Source of the DNA: an uncultured Chloroflexia bacterium
GTDB taxonomy: Bacteria > Chloroflexota > Limnocylindria > Limnocylindrales > CSP1-4
Direction: 5' to 3'
Assembly: GCA_963712745.1 (NCBI GenBank)
Contig: CAVQJC010000020.1
Span: 596,467 to 660,466, forward strand
DNA: 64,000 nt
Notes under the pieces: generated by a model
The model's database searches: none
Told to the model about the DNA's origin: nothing
The model's input: only the letters and a program-made list of their open reading frames with translations
Made by a program: the position numbers and the translations under genes
In this document: in pieces, positions 10,666 to 21,500 of the stretch
How the letters are laid out: each line of letters starts with the position of its first letter
Position numbering within the stretch: the stretch's first letter is position 1

Positions 10666-10870
10666 ATGCGCGTCGGACTCGTGCTGCCCATGGGCAGCCA
10701 CGTCGGCGGGCCGCGGCCGTGGCGACATCGGCGGTGATCCGGGTGAGATCGCGGAGCGCTTGCAGTCCTTCGCGGAAGCGGGATACTCAGAGGCGATCGT
10801 TTGGCTCGGGCCCATGAACGAGCGCGGACTCGACCGCTTGGCCCAGGCGGTCGCCATCATTCGTGCCTGA
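10666..10870 (+). pseudogene. Internally deleted LLM-class (luciferase-like) oxidoreductase remnant
   Basis: GGAGG RBS plus MRVGLVLP N-terminus joined out of frame to 'GDPGEIAERLQSFAEAGYSEAIVWL', a typical LLM C-terminus; the middle of the gene is absent. Confidence 0.6.
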
Positions 10871-10894
10871 GAAGTGGACGGAGGGAGACACCTC

Positions 10895-12201
10895 ATGACC
10901 GACGAGCAGCCGGGCCAGCCCGGGGGGCCGGAGCAGGACGGAGAGTTGGAGCACGACGTCGTAGCAGAGGCTGCGACGTCGACCACGGATGGCGGTGGTG
11001 GCAGAAGCCGCAACCGGCGGGTGCTGGCGGCGGTCTTCTGGCTCCTGGCCAGCCTTTCCGTGCTCTTCGGGGGCATCACGCTGTGGGCACACCAGACGCT
11101 GCTGACCCCCGACGGATGGGGCGGCATCGTCGAGGATGTCGTCTCTGACGAGGAGGTCGTCGACGCGGTCAGCGTCGTCATCGTCGATCGGCTGGCGGGC
11201 TCACTCGGCGTACGCGAGGCCGTGGCCAACGCGCTCCCAGGGCCGGACTTCATCGCCGGAGCGCTCACGGCCACCGTGGAGAACCGCATCACCGACGTGG
11301 TCGCTGACTTCGCCTCGTCGGAGGCGTTCAGGGACGCGGTCGTCAACGTGAACAAGGCCGGCCACGCTGCGGCCCTGAAGGTCATTCGTGGCGGCGAGAG
11401 CAAAGCGCTCACATCCGGCGAGGGCGTGCTCTCGCTCAACATCTTCCCGCTCATCGAGGGCGTGCTGGTCAGCCTCCAGGACGCAGGCATCATCGATGCC
11501 AGCCGTGACATCCCGGATCTCACGAACTACCAGCCATCAGCCCAGGCCATCTCGGTGCTCGAGACGCTGCTCGGGCGGGACATCCCCGACGGCGTCGGCT
11601 CCATCGTGCTCATCGACTCGGCGAACCTGGAGCTCGTCCAGACGGTCGTCCGCTGGTTCGACCTCATCACCATCGTGCTGCTGCTGGCGTGGGCCGGGTT
11701 CACCGCTCTCGCACTGTGGCTGTCCGATCGGCGCGTGCGCATGGTCCTGTGGCTGTCGGTCGGTGCCATCGCCGCCCTGCTCGCCGGCCGCTTCGTGACA
11801 CGCCTCATCCTCGGCGCGGCCACCAAGCGGCAGCCGGAGCTGGAGACCAGGGTGGTGGTCGACGCCATCATCGATGCCGCGGTCGATTCGCTGATGCTGT
11901 TCACGTTCGTGCTCATCGTGATCGCAGCGATCGTGGCCGTCGCCAGCGTCCTCTGGGAGCGGCGTGGGCAGCAGGAGCGCCCGGCGGAGGAGACGCCGCC
12001 GCGCACGCTCGGCCAGTGGGTCAGGGCCAACATGGTGGCGCATCCTCGCGGTGGGCATCGGGGTCATCGCGCGTCGTCGCGCTCTGGAGCGTCGGCGGAC
12101 CCGGGATCGCCATGCTCACCGCGGCCGCCCTGTTGCTGCTGGTCATCGCGGTCAAGGTCCTCGCCGACGAACCTGGGGATGAACCCGCGCCGGAGGGCTG
12201 A
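10895..12201 (+). CDS. Integral membrane protein (frameshifted near 12040)
   Basis: N-terminal TM, soluble domain, several C-terminal TMs; the hydrophobic tail continues in other frames ending at 12201. Confidence 0.7.
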
Positions 12202-12204
12202 CCG

Positions 12205-12918
12205 ATGTGCGGGCGCATGACCCAGACCACCGACCCGGCTGAGGTCGCGCGCATCTTCGACGCCGAGAACGCGGTCGAGACCAAGAGCGACGATGCGGGG
12301 CCGCGCTACAACGTGGCCCCCACACAGCCGCTGACGGTGGTGACCCAGCGGGCGGAGGCGGGACGGCTCGTGGAGCAGCAGCGCTGGGGCCTGGTGCCCT
12401 CGTTCGCCAAGTCGCTCAAGGACGGCGCCAAGCGCATCAACGCCCGTGCGGAGACGGTGGCCACTTCTCCCTCCTTCCGCTCGTCGTTCCGCAAGCGGCG
12501 CTGCATCGTGCCCAGCGATGGTTTCTACGAGTGGCGGCGCACCGGTGGGCCCAAGCAGCCCTACTTCCTCCATCCGCCGCAAGATGCCGTGCTGGCCATG
12601 GCCGGGGTGTGGTCGGTGTGGAAGGATCCCGAGACGGGGCTGTGGGTACCCTCGGCCGCGGTCATCACCACCGCGGCCAACCGGCTCATGTCACAGATCC
12701 ACGATCGCATGCCGGTGCTGCTGTCGCGCGAGACCTGGGACGACTGGCTGGACCCCGACTTCGACGACACCGAGTACCTGCAGTCCCTCCTGGAGCCAGC
12801 GCCGGACGACGTCCTGGGCATGTACCCCATCTCCACCCGCGTCAACAACGTGCGCAACGAGGGCCCGGAGTTGCTGGAACCGATCGAGGAGCCGACTCCC
12901 CTCCCCCTCGAGGACTGA
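12205..12918 (+). CDS. SOS response-associated peptidase (SRAP, YedK/HMCES family)
   Basis: N-terminal MCGR, RYNVAPTQ, INARAET, GFYEW, HDRMP motifs. Confidence 0.95.
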   Translation: MCGRMTQTTDPAEVARIFDAENAVETKSDDAGPRYNVAPTQPLTVVTQRAEAGRLVEQQRWGLVPSFAKSLKDGAKRINARAETVATSPSFRSSFRKRRCIVPSDGFYEWRRTGGPKQPYFLHPPQDAVLAMAGVWSVWKDPETGLWVPSAAVITTAANRLMSQIHDRMPVLLSRETWDDWLDPDFDDTEYLQSLLEPAPDDVLGMYPISTRVNNVRNEGPELLEPIEEPTPLPLED

Positions 12919-13004
12919 ACTCATCGGGCTGTCGAGGCCATCCGGTTCGTCCGCGTACGAGCGAGATGCTCACTATCCTTGACATTTGCCCAGAAAAAGG
13001 CAAG

Positions 13005-13060
13005 TGGTAACTATAGTTGACACACGCGTCACTGGACCCTAATGTAAACGAGAGTTGGCA
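13005..13060 (+). promoter_or_regulatory. sigma70-type promoter with two palindromic operators (hipBA autoregulation)
   Basis: TTGACA (13017-22)-N17-TAATGT (13040-45); imperfect 18-bp palindromes TGGTAACTATAGTTGACA (13005-22) and TGTAAACGAGAGTTGGCA (13043-60) overlap the -35 and -10 boxes; AGGAGG RBS follows. Confidence 0.7.
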
Positions 13061-13074
13061 TCAGGAGGACCAGC

Positions 13075-13326
13075 ATGGCGATCGAGGCATACGATCCCAA
13101 AGGCTTCGGCGCCGCGGTGCGCGCCGCACGGAAGGAGCGGGGCTGGTCGCAGTCCGAGCTCGCCTCCTGGCTGGGCGTGAGCCGGCCGACGGTCGCTGCG
13201 CTCGAGGCGGGTGGGCCGGTAGCCATGCCCACCGCCATGCGCGCGCTCGCGCTCCTTGGCCGGAAGGCAGTCATCGCTCCGAAGGGGTCCCAGGTGAACA
13301 GCGGGACAGGCGACGGCGATGCCTGA
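13075..13326 (+). CDS. hipB: HipB-like XRE/HTH antitoxin
   Basis: RAARKERGWSQSELASWLGVSRPTVAALEAG HTH_3 motif; overlaps the hipA start. Confidence 0.85.
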   Translation: MAIEAYDPKGFGAAVRAARKERGWSQSELASWLGVSRPTVAALEAGGPVAMPTAMRALALLGRKAVIAPKGSQVNSGTGDGDA

Positions 13327-14551
13327 GCGTTTGGTGGTCTGGCTGGGAGACGCGGTCGCCGGGCACCTCGTCCGGCCGCACGACGATTCCGACCGATTCC
13401 ACTTCGAACCGACCGCGGGTGGCCCCAGCATCACGATGTCACCAGAGGGGCTGGCCCGGCCATGGGAGCGCACGTTCAGCCGACGCTGGTTCGACGGGCT
13501 ACTGCCGGAGGGCGTACAGCGAGAGACGGCCGAGCAGCGCCATCGCGTCGACCCCGGGGACACCTTCACACTGCTGGCGGCCATCGGCTGGGAGTGTGCC
13601 GGTGCCATCGCGGTCATGCCCGAGGGACGCATGCCGGCTACAGGCCGCCACGAGCCGATGACCACAGCCGGGGTGGCCGCGCGAATCGACGCGGCACCGG
13701 GCATCGTGGACGACATCGACCTGTCCGTGCGACTGTCGCTCGGCGGTGCACAGGAGAAGCTGCTGTGGCGCCGGATCGACGCAGGTTGGGCGCTGCCACT
13801 CGATGGGGCGCTGAGCACGCACATCCTCAAGCCGGAGCCGGCGCGCTGGCCTGGGCTCGCGACGGCGGAGGCTTGGACGCTCGCCGCGGCGGCGATCGTG
13901 ACGCCGGCCGCGATCGCTGAGATCCTCACGGGTGACCACCGCCCGACGCTCGTCATCACCCGATACGACCGCGTGGAGACCGCCGACACGATCGAGCGCC
14001 TGCACCAGGAAGACCTCTGCCAACTGCTGGGCCTGTCGCCCAACGCCAAGTACGCAAACCCGGGTCCGAATCCGGGTGCCGGCGACCCCAGTCTCGAACG
14101 CCTGGCCAGCATCCTGCTAGCCCGCGCTGCGGACCCGCCGCGTGAGCTCGTTCGGCTGCTCGAGCAGACCGTGGTGAACATGGCCCTCGGCAACGCCGAT
14201 GCGCATGCCAAGAACCACTCGGTCATCCACCGCGATGGGACCGCGACCCTGGCCCCGCTCTATGATGCCTCGCCGACGATGGCGTTCCTGCCCCAGCAGG
14301 ACAAGGCCTCCATGCGTATCGGTGGCGCGGTCCGCATGGACCGGATTACTCGTGGCCACCTCGTGCGCGAGGCCCGGTCCTGGGGCATCCCGGAGGCGGT
14401 CGCCCGGCGAACCGTGGACGACACACTGGCGCAGCTGCGCGACGCCATGGCAGCTGCCGATGAGCTGTACCCAGAGCTGCGACCCGACGTCCGCGCGCAT
14501 GTCCGCCGGCACTTCGAGCGGCTCGCGTCCTCCCCAACGTCGACTGGATGA
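13319..14551 (+). CDS. hipA: HipA family Ser/Thr kinase toxin
   Basis: FDGLLPEG N-domain, SLGGAQEK loop, HILKP, RLHQEDLCQ, GNADAHAKN, LAPLYD. Confidence 0.93.
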   Translation: MPERLVVWLGDAVAGHLVRPHDDSDRFHFEPTAGGPSITMSPEGLARPWERTFSRRWFDGLLPEGVQRETAEQRHRVDPGDTFTLLAAIGWECAGAIAVMPEGRMPATGRHEPMTTAGVAARIDAAPGIVDDIDLSVRLSLGGAQEKLLWRRIDAGWALPLDGALSTHILKPEPARWPGLATAEAWTLAAAAIVTPAAIAEILTGDHRPTLVITRYDRVETADTIERLHQEDLCQLLGLSPNAKYANPGPNPGAGDPSLERLASILLARAADPPRELVRLLEQTVVNMALGNADAHAKNHSVIHRDGTATLAPLYDASPTMAFLPQQDKASMRIGGAVRMDRITRGHLVREARSWGIPEAVARRTVDDTLAQLRDAMAAADELYPELRPDVRAHVRRHFERLASSPTSTG

Positions 14552-14585
14552 CGCGGAACGGTCGCCGGGCGCCAACCGGTTTCGG

Positions 14586-16062
14586 TCAGAGCGCCAGGCC
14601 GACCTCGGCGATGCGAGAACGTAATGCGCTGACGGTATCGGCGTCGGATGCGACTGCCACCTCGACCAGCCAATCCGTCGCGCTCACGGGCGCAGGAGAC
14701 GCCAACAGGTCAGCGACGATGGCGGTCATGGCTTCGGGGCCGATGGATTCGGCAGCTGTCTCGACGATGCCGCAGGTCACCGCAGACTGATAGCGAGAGC
14801 GGTTCCACGTCGCCTTCTCGTCGACGGGCCCGGCCACGATCCAGTCACCGAGATCGAGAGGATCGGCTTCCGGGGTGTCGGCTTGCGGAGAGTCGGTCTC
14901 GGGTGCGTCGGTCTCGGGTGCGTCGGTCTCGGGTGTGCCGGTCTCGGGAACGTCGATCTGCGGCGCGACGGGTTCCGGGCAGCTCGAGCCGATGGCCGCA
15001 TGGCCGGTCCACATGGCCAGGCCCTCGGCCAGCCACGGGTCGCGAACCGCGTCGGGCCCGAACCACGTCCGGGCCAGCGGAACGCTCACCACGCCCGCGT
15101 CGGTGGCGGCCTCGCTGACGCCGATGACCCCACCGACCGGGGCCAGGTCGGCACCGCCCCAGAGGCGACCCTGGGTGGAGACTTCGCGGATCGGTGAGTG
15201 GCGTGACCGGCAGGCTCGAGCGGAGCTGCTGCTCGAGCCAGGGTCGCGCCGTCTGCACCTCCGAGATCATGTGCCGAGCCCAGTCGGCGTCGGTCGGCCA
15301 GGCGGCGATGGTCACGAGGCTGCTCCCGTCGTCGCTGGTGAGGTAGGTGGACTCGTACCGGTCGAGCGCGATGGCCTCGGTGCAGACGAAGAACTCCGCG
15401 GGGTTGGCCTTGTTGCCGGGAGATGAGAGGACGACGCCGTCGGGGGTCCGGTCGGCCCGCGGCTGCCCGTAGTGATGGGCGATGGGCTCGAAACCGGGAG
15501 GCAGGATGGCTTTCACGACTCCGCCGTCGGCGTCTTCCCCGTACCAGCAGAGGTGGATGTAGGCGTCTTCGATGCGGGTCGGCTTCACTACCCCGGCTTC
15601 GACGGACGGGAGGTCGTAGTCGATCGTCACCTTCTGCTTCTGCTTGTACCAGATCCGGGGGAACCGGACGGTGTACCGCGAGCCGCTGCCGGAGAGGTCG
15701 GTGAACTCGCTCGTGACGGCCTTTCCTCCGAAGGTCAGGTCGACCGCGTCGTTCGAGACCCAGATCGTGCCCCAGTGGTCGAAGTAGTAGCGGGTCCTCT
15801 CCTTGCAGGTTCCGCGCTTGCCCTTCTTGCAGGGAACGCGATGCCAGGACCCAGGCTTGTGCTTGTTCTGGAGCACAGCGGTGGTCGAGACACGCGCGAC
15901 GCGCTCCTGCACGAGCGGTCGCCACGTCGTCGTGGCGCGCTCGTCGAGCTTGTCCCCATCGTCGGCCAGCGTGGTCGCAGGTAGCGCGATCATGAGTGTG
16001 ACGGCAGCCACCAGAACGGCGATGCCGGCGCGGTAGGTACGTTGACGAGGCTGATGGTTCAC
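14586..16062 (-). CDS. Secreted protein with degenerate gluzincin (peptidase MA-like) C-terminal domain; frameshifted near 15200
   Basis: Signal peptide ending ...TTLA; C-terminal frame has LARTWFG ... WLAEGLAMW; in-frame 15-bp PETDA repeats at ~14876-14950. Confidence 0.6.
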
Positions 16063-16149
16063 TTCTTCCCCCTGGTGCAAACTGACACTAGGCAGCACCA
16101 ACGACCCTCGACCACTCACCGATAGTTCCGCCGTGCCCTGACCGATACG

Positions 16150-16480
16150 TCCGCGACCACACCGGCCGAACGCGGCGTTCCCCGTCGACCCGCACACCTT
16201 GCTGCCGTTCGTGCACTGGCTGCCTCGGCGGCTGCGGCACCCGATCCTGAGTCGGAAAGGCGATGGCCAGTGGGCCACTGAGGAGAACCTGAACACCCCT
16301 GACGACTCGAGGTTCCGGTCGCTCTTCCCGGCGGACGTCGACGTTCGAATCGTCCTGCAGCCCCTGATCGGCTTGACGTCGTTGCTGATCGCTGTGGATA
16401 CGCGATCGCCGGTTCCGCCCGACGACGCTCACTTTGCGAGTGGGGTCGGCCCTCGCTCCACCGATGGACCAGAGGCCTAG
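16150..16480 (+). pseudogene. C-terminal fragment of a class I SAM-dependent methyltransferase
   Basis: Reads PNAAFPVDPHTLLPFVHWLPRR, resembling the TPNRxFPxEPHxxLPxxHWLP tail of type-11 methyltransferases; no N-terminal SAM-binding part. Confidence 0.5.
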
Positions 16481-18012
16481 CTTGAACCAGCCGGCTCGCC
16501 GAACTTGACCAGCACGGCACCGTTCGTGTAGACCACTGATCCCTCGACCGGCCACGAGCTCATGGTCGTGCTCAGCTCGCCGAGTGGATCGAGCGACTGC
16601 GCCAGGACGCTCTGGATGGGGTAGCCGAGCGACTGCATCAGGTAACCCGCACGCATGCCCGAGCTGGTGTTGAACAGAGACTCCCCGAATGTCTCCTGGC
16701 TCGTGATCACGCCGATGCCTGGGACCTCTCGATCGCCGATGATCGCCATCCGGACGGGCTCCCCACCCCAGCCTTGATCACGCAGTCGAACGATGATCTG
16801 GCTTGCGATCTCCTCGTCCTGCCGAAATACGTACTCGTCGACCTGGTAGAGCCTCGAGACGGACACGGCGGACCAGAGCACGAAGCCGATCGCGACCGCC
16901 GCCATGGCGACTGATCTGACTCGTGTGGGCGGCAGGAGGAGGTCGAAAAGCAACCAGGCACTGGCGGCCACCAGCGGAACGACCAGCATCGCCCTAGCGA
17001 CGAGCGGCTGTCCGATCGCGATGGCGATGGCGAATTGCGTCCCAGCGATGATCAAGGCAAGCAGGGCCGGGTACCAGTCCCGTGAGGCCATGCCACGTCG
17101 CAACAGGACATCGAGCACGAACAGACTCGCCGCGACCGAGGGCAGGATGACCCAGCCCCCGTGGAACGACAGACCCACGACATACGCCACCACCATCGCT
17201 GCGAGGGCAAAGAGATTGCGAGCCGGATCGTCCAGTCTCCACGCGAAGTAGTCGGCCACGTAGCTGTCATGGTCTACGCCAACCACCGCGACGAACGCGA
17301 CCACGCCCAAGGCTGCGATAGCTGGTGCGACAAGCCGGATGCTATCGGACAGCCGATGCTGGGGAGTCCCGCTCCGCGCCTCCTGATGAAGCAGGCTTAT
17401 GAGCTGTGCGATGAGGACGCCCGCCATCGGGAGCAGGACCTGACTCTGGTAGACGAGGCCTCCGAACAGAGCCAGCCCGAAGGCCGCGACCGCCATCCAG
17501 CGCGGCCCGCCCTCCATCACCCACCTCCACGCCAGGACGCTGCTCAGCGCTGCACAGAGGAAGCCCAGGCCAGTGGCGGCGCTCTGGGCGGAGAACTGGA
17601 GCCAGTACGCCTGCAAGGGAAGGCACGTGAATGTGACCAAGAAGAGCAGCTGCGCAACGTTGCTGATCGACCTGCCACCCGCCGCCCGTGCGAAGAGGAA
17701 CCCCCACACGGCTGCCGACAGGAACAGCAGGACGAGGGCGAGTGCGCGGTCAAAGAACGGAGTTGGCAAGGCATCTCCGAGCACCAGGTCGGTGAGCAGC
17801 AGCCCGTAGCGGCCGCGCGCGACCCACTCAGCCCCCTGGTCGGTGATCTGGTGAACGATGTTGTCCGTGGTGCTGGCACGGCTGGTCACCGCCAGGCCAT
17901 AGGTCAGAGTCATGGCCAGTGCGGTCGATCCCAGCGGAACCACGTTCGTCCGAACGTAGTCGACGGCGTCGCCCACGATGTCGACCCTGCTCACGACCGG
18001 CCGCTGCGTCAT
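16477..18012 (-). CDS. GtrII-like membrane glucosyltransferase (GT-C)
   Basis: N-terminal acidic TTDN, WVARGRYG, LVYQS, multiple TMs, periplasmic tail ending MSSWPVEGSV ... VLVKF. Confidence 0.75.
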   Translation of the reverse strand: MTQRPVVSRVDIVGDAVDYVRTNVVPLGSTALAMTLTYGLAVTSRASTTDNIVHQITDQGAEWVARGRYGLLLTDLVLGDALPTPFFDRALALVLLFLSAAVWGFLFARAAGGRSISNVAQLLFLVTFTCLPLQAYWLQFSAQSAATGLGFLCAALSSVLAWRWVMEGGPRWMAVAAFGLALFGGLVYQSQVLLPMAGVLIAQLISLLHQEARSGTPQHRLSDSIRLVAPAIAALGVVAFVAVVGVDHDSYVADYFAWRLDDPARNLFALAAMVVAYVVGLSFHGGWVILPSVAASLFVLDVLLRRGMASRDWYPALLALIIAGTQFAIAIAIGQPLVARAMLVVPLVAASAWLLFDLLLPPTRVRSVAMAAVAIGFVLWSAVSVSRLYQVDEYVFRQDEEIASQIIVRLRDQGWGGEPVRMAIIGDREVPGIGVITSQETFGESLFNTSSGMRAGYLMQSLGYPIQSVLAQSLDPLGELSTTMSSWPVEGSVVYTNGAVLVKFGEPAGSS

Positions 18013-19169
18013 GGTCGAGGGTCAGGCATCGGCATACGATCGAGGATCGCCACCCACTCCCGTTCGAACCGGTCGATCGAGAACTCGTCGCAGACGCGTC
18101 GGTAGCCGGCGAGACCCAGCCGTTCGGCGCGGGCCCGGTCCCCGAGTAGCGAGACCATCGCGTCCGCCAGCGCGACCGAGTCGCCGGGGGGCACCAGAAG
18201 ACCGGACTCGCCAGCGGCGACCATCTCAGGGATGCCGCCCGTGGCGCTGCCAATCACCGCTCGACCCCGGGTCATGCTCTCGAGGACGACGTTCGGGAAT
18301 GGGTCCGGCCGGGTAGAAGGCACCGTGACCAGCCAGGCCTCGTTCATGGCCGGCAGGGAACTCGGGCGTTCGCCGAGCCATTCCAGCCAGGTCCCTGACG
18401 GGTCGGCCGCATTGATGGCCCGCTGGACCGTCGCGGCATCGATCTCGGTACCGGGGACGACCCCGCCGAGAAGACGGAAGCGGGCGTCCGGCACCTGAGG
18501 GTGGGCCTCGGCAGCTGCCTCGATGAAGACCTCCCAGCCCTTCCACTCGTTCATCCGGCCGACGAACAACGCCACCGGATCGGGAGGCAGCGGAACGGGC
18601 TCGTCGTGGATCGGGACGCCATCGTGCAGCGTGCTGGGCCCTCGACCCTTGATCGGACCGAGCCAATCACGTACAGCGTCCGACACCACGTAGACGTGGC
18701 CATCGGCGAGCCGTGCGTTCTCTCGAACGGAGCGTCGGAACCAGCCGGGGGACTCGATGACCTCGCGAATGAACCACAGGTGTGGAGCTCCCACCAGCCG
18801 CGCCACGGACGGGCCGGCCGGGATGGCTGCTGAGTTCGAGACGATGGCGCGGGCGCGCGTCGAACGCGCAGTTCGCAGGACCCACCACCAGCCCCGCGCC
18901 GCCCGCGGTAGCCAGCGCACCATGCCCAACGCCGAGCCGTAGCGGCGGCGCAATACCGGGAGTGGCCCACGGCGAGCCTCGACGCCCTGGGCCTGCAGCT
19001 CCGCCGAGAGGCCACCGGCGAAGTCCACATCGTCGGGGAGAAGCACGACCGGACGGCACTGGCTTCGCGATGCACGGACGAGCGCCAGCAGCTGCCGGTC
19101 GGCTCCGTACATCTCGTCGGACGGGTGCAGGAAGAGCACGGTCGGGAGCGTCGTGGGTGCCACGGGCAC
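18009..19169 (-). CDS. Glycosyltransferase family 4
   Basis: EMYGADR, VGRMNEWKG, DPFPNVVLESM, GGIPEMV motifs. Confidence 0.92.
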   Translation of the reverse strand: MPVAPTTLPTVLFLHPSDEMYGADRQLLALVRASRSQCRPVVLLPDDVDFAGGLSAELQAQGVEARRGPLPVLRRRYGSALGMVRWLPRAARGWWWVLRTARSTRARAIVSNSAAIPAGPSVARLVGAPHLWFIREVIESPGWFRRSVRENARLADGHVYVVSDAVRDWLGPIKGRGPSTLHDGVPIHDEPVPLPPDPVALFVGRMNEWKGWEVFIEAAAEAHPQVPDARFRLLGGVVPGTEIDAATVQRAINAADPSGTWLEWLGERPSSLPAMNEAWLVTVPSTRPDPFPNVVLESMTRGRAVIGSATGGIPEMVAAGESGLLVPPGDSVALADAMVSLLGDRARAERLGLAGYRRVCDEFSIDRFEREWVAILDRMPMPDPRP

Positions 19170-19195
19170 ACGATAAACGGTTCTATCCTCTGAGC

Positions 19196-20134
19196 ATGAG
19201 CCAGACGGGCGGCGCAGACAGGGTCAGCATGATCACCGTGCTCTACGGCGGTGCGGACGTCATCGGCGACTGCATGCGATCGGCCCAAGAGGCAGCGCGT
19301 ATCGGCGGACCTCGAGCTCGAGGTCGTGCTCGTCGACAACAAGCCCGGAGACGGCACGGCCGACGCAGCACTTGAGGTGGCACCTGAGGCGAGGGTCATC
19401 CGCAACGACGAGAACGTCGGCTTCGGGCGTGCCTGCAACCAGGGCTTCGCGATCGCCACGGCCGATTGGTGGCTCCTGCTGAACCCTGACGCTACGCTCG
19501 ACGAGCGAGCCCTGGCCCACCTCGTGGCCTTCGCAGAGGCGCACCCGGGCGCCGGTGCCGTGGCACCCATCATCACCGGCGCCGGGCTGGACCGAGCCGA
19601 GTCGGCGGGGATGCAGCCAGGCCTGCGCTCAGCCATCGGCCACTTCTGGCTCCTCAACCGTCTGCTGCCGGGCGACCGTGGTGGCCCGTGGCGCGGGCTG
19701 CAACTGCACCGCCGCCTCGATCTGGGCCCCCGCAAGGTCGAGTGGGCGTCCGGCGGCGCGCTCTTGCTGCGGCCGGCGGCTGTTCGCGCTGTAGGGGGTT
19801 CGACCCCTCGTTCTTCCTGTACGCCGAAGACATGGACCTGGGGCGCCGGTTCGCGGAGCACGGTTGGGAGACATGGCTTGTTGCGCAGGCCTTCGCCGAG
19901 CACAGCATCGCCGGCTCGTCGGGAGGCGTGACCGATCGGTGGTACGTGGCGCTGCACGGCTACGTCGCGGGTCGCGCCGGGCGGACACGGGCGTCGCTGT
20001 TGGGCCTGGTGGCCACTGCCGGGCTGGCAATCCGGGCACTCGCGTCAAAGGACGCCGCACATCGACGACGGATGACGATAGCCGCACGGGCGGCACTGCG
20101 ACTCGCGATACGTGGCACTGATAGCCGCGAGTAA
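19196..20134 (+). CDS. Glycosyltransferase family 2 (frameshifted)
   Basis: VVLVDN, NVGFGRACNQG, LLLNPD, then GFDPSFFLYAEDMDL in another frame. Confidence 0.85.
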
Positions 20135-20287
20135 CTGGCGCCACCCGTCGCGGACCGACCGCAAATCCGGCGCTAGAGTGGGGCACATGCGGCTGACTCT
20201 GGCTGGTGGATGGTTCGGGATTCCCGAGTCCTGGGCCGACGGACGCGATCCCGAAACGCTCGGGTCGCCAACCTGCGCGGCGGGCAG

Positions 20288-21470
20288 ATGAGCCACAGGC
20301 GCGTCCTCCTCATTGCTCACGAGCTGTCGCGGAGCGGGGCTCCCATCTCCGCCTTTCAGACATTTCGCCACCTGAGCGCGAACCTTGACCTGCGGGTCGT
20401 TTCCAACCGAGGCGGTGAGTTGAAGGCAGCGTTCCAGAGCATCGGCAAGGTCACCGTGCTACGGGAAGGCATCCTGGTCGACCTTGGCTCCAAGCTAGCC
20501 CGCTCAACGGAAGCGCAGGCTGTGCTGGAAGGGCTACAAGGGCGCATTCGGTCTCGCATCTACGGGGCCCGTCGCTCCGGATGGCAGCCCGACGTCCTTT
20601 ACCTGAACAGCGCCGCCACGCTCCCCGTGCTGGCGCGAATGCCGTCTCTGCTGAAGCAACAAGTGCCAACGATCCTTCACGTTCGCGAGAACCGCGTCCT
20701 CCTCGAGACCTACGACCGACTTGCGCCCGGGATGCTGCGTGAGCACCCGATTAGGTATGTCGCCGATCTTCTCGGTCGGTACAGCGTGATCTCGTGGAGC
20801 AATTCGGTGTTCCGCCCGAACGAACTGTCGTAATCGAGAACGTCCTCGACGAGCGTGGCTCACGATCCCGCGGAGCCATGGTTTTCTCCCGGAGCCCGGC
20901 GACGAAAGACCGCTTGTCGTTGGGGGTGTCGGCCCGGTCCGCTGGATGAAAGGACCCGAGCTGTGGCTCCTCACTGCGGCCGAACTCAAACGGCGCCACG
21001 GGTCCCACGCATTCCGTTTCCGCTGGGTCGGCGTCAATGACGCGCTCGAAGGCCGCCAGTTCGAAGACATGGTCCGAAAGCTGGAATTGTTGGACACCGT
21101 CGAGTCTGCCTCCACGACGCCCAGCATCCGCGAGGAGTACCGCGGAATGGACATCCTCCTGGTGTCTTCCTGGGAGGAGCCGTCGTCTCGGGCAACCATG
21201 GAGGCGATGGCTGCCGGGCAAATCGTGGCGTGCTTCCGCGGCTCGGGCGGCCCGGCGGAACTCATCGGTGACGCCGGCATCATCGTCGACGGGTTTTCGC
21301 CAACGATGATGGCTGACGCCGCCATCGGCCGACTCAAAGCGGAGCCCGAGGAGATGGAGCGATTGTCGGTCCTCGCCAACGCGCGAGTACGAGAGCGCAA
21401 CACTGCGCCCCTGCAATCGGAGCGAATACCTGGAACTGATCGATTCGGTCAGAGGTGGCTAGCAGGCTGA
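20288..21470 (+). CDS. Glycosyltransferase family 4 (frameshifted)
   Basis: HELSRSGAP N-terminus; KGPELW ... SWEEPSSRATMEAMAAG ... GGPAE C-terminus in a shifted frame. Confidence 0.8.
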
Positions 21471-21500
21471 GGGGGACGCTCGCCTGGAGATTGCGGCGCC

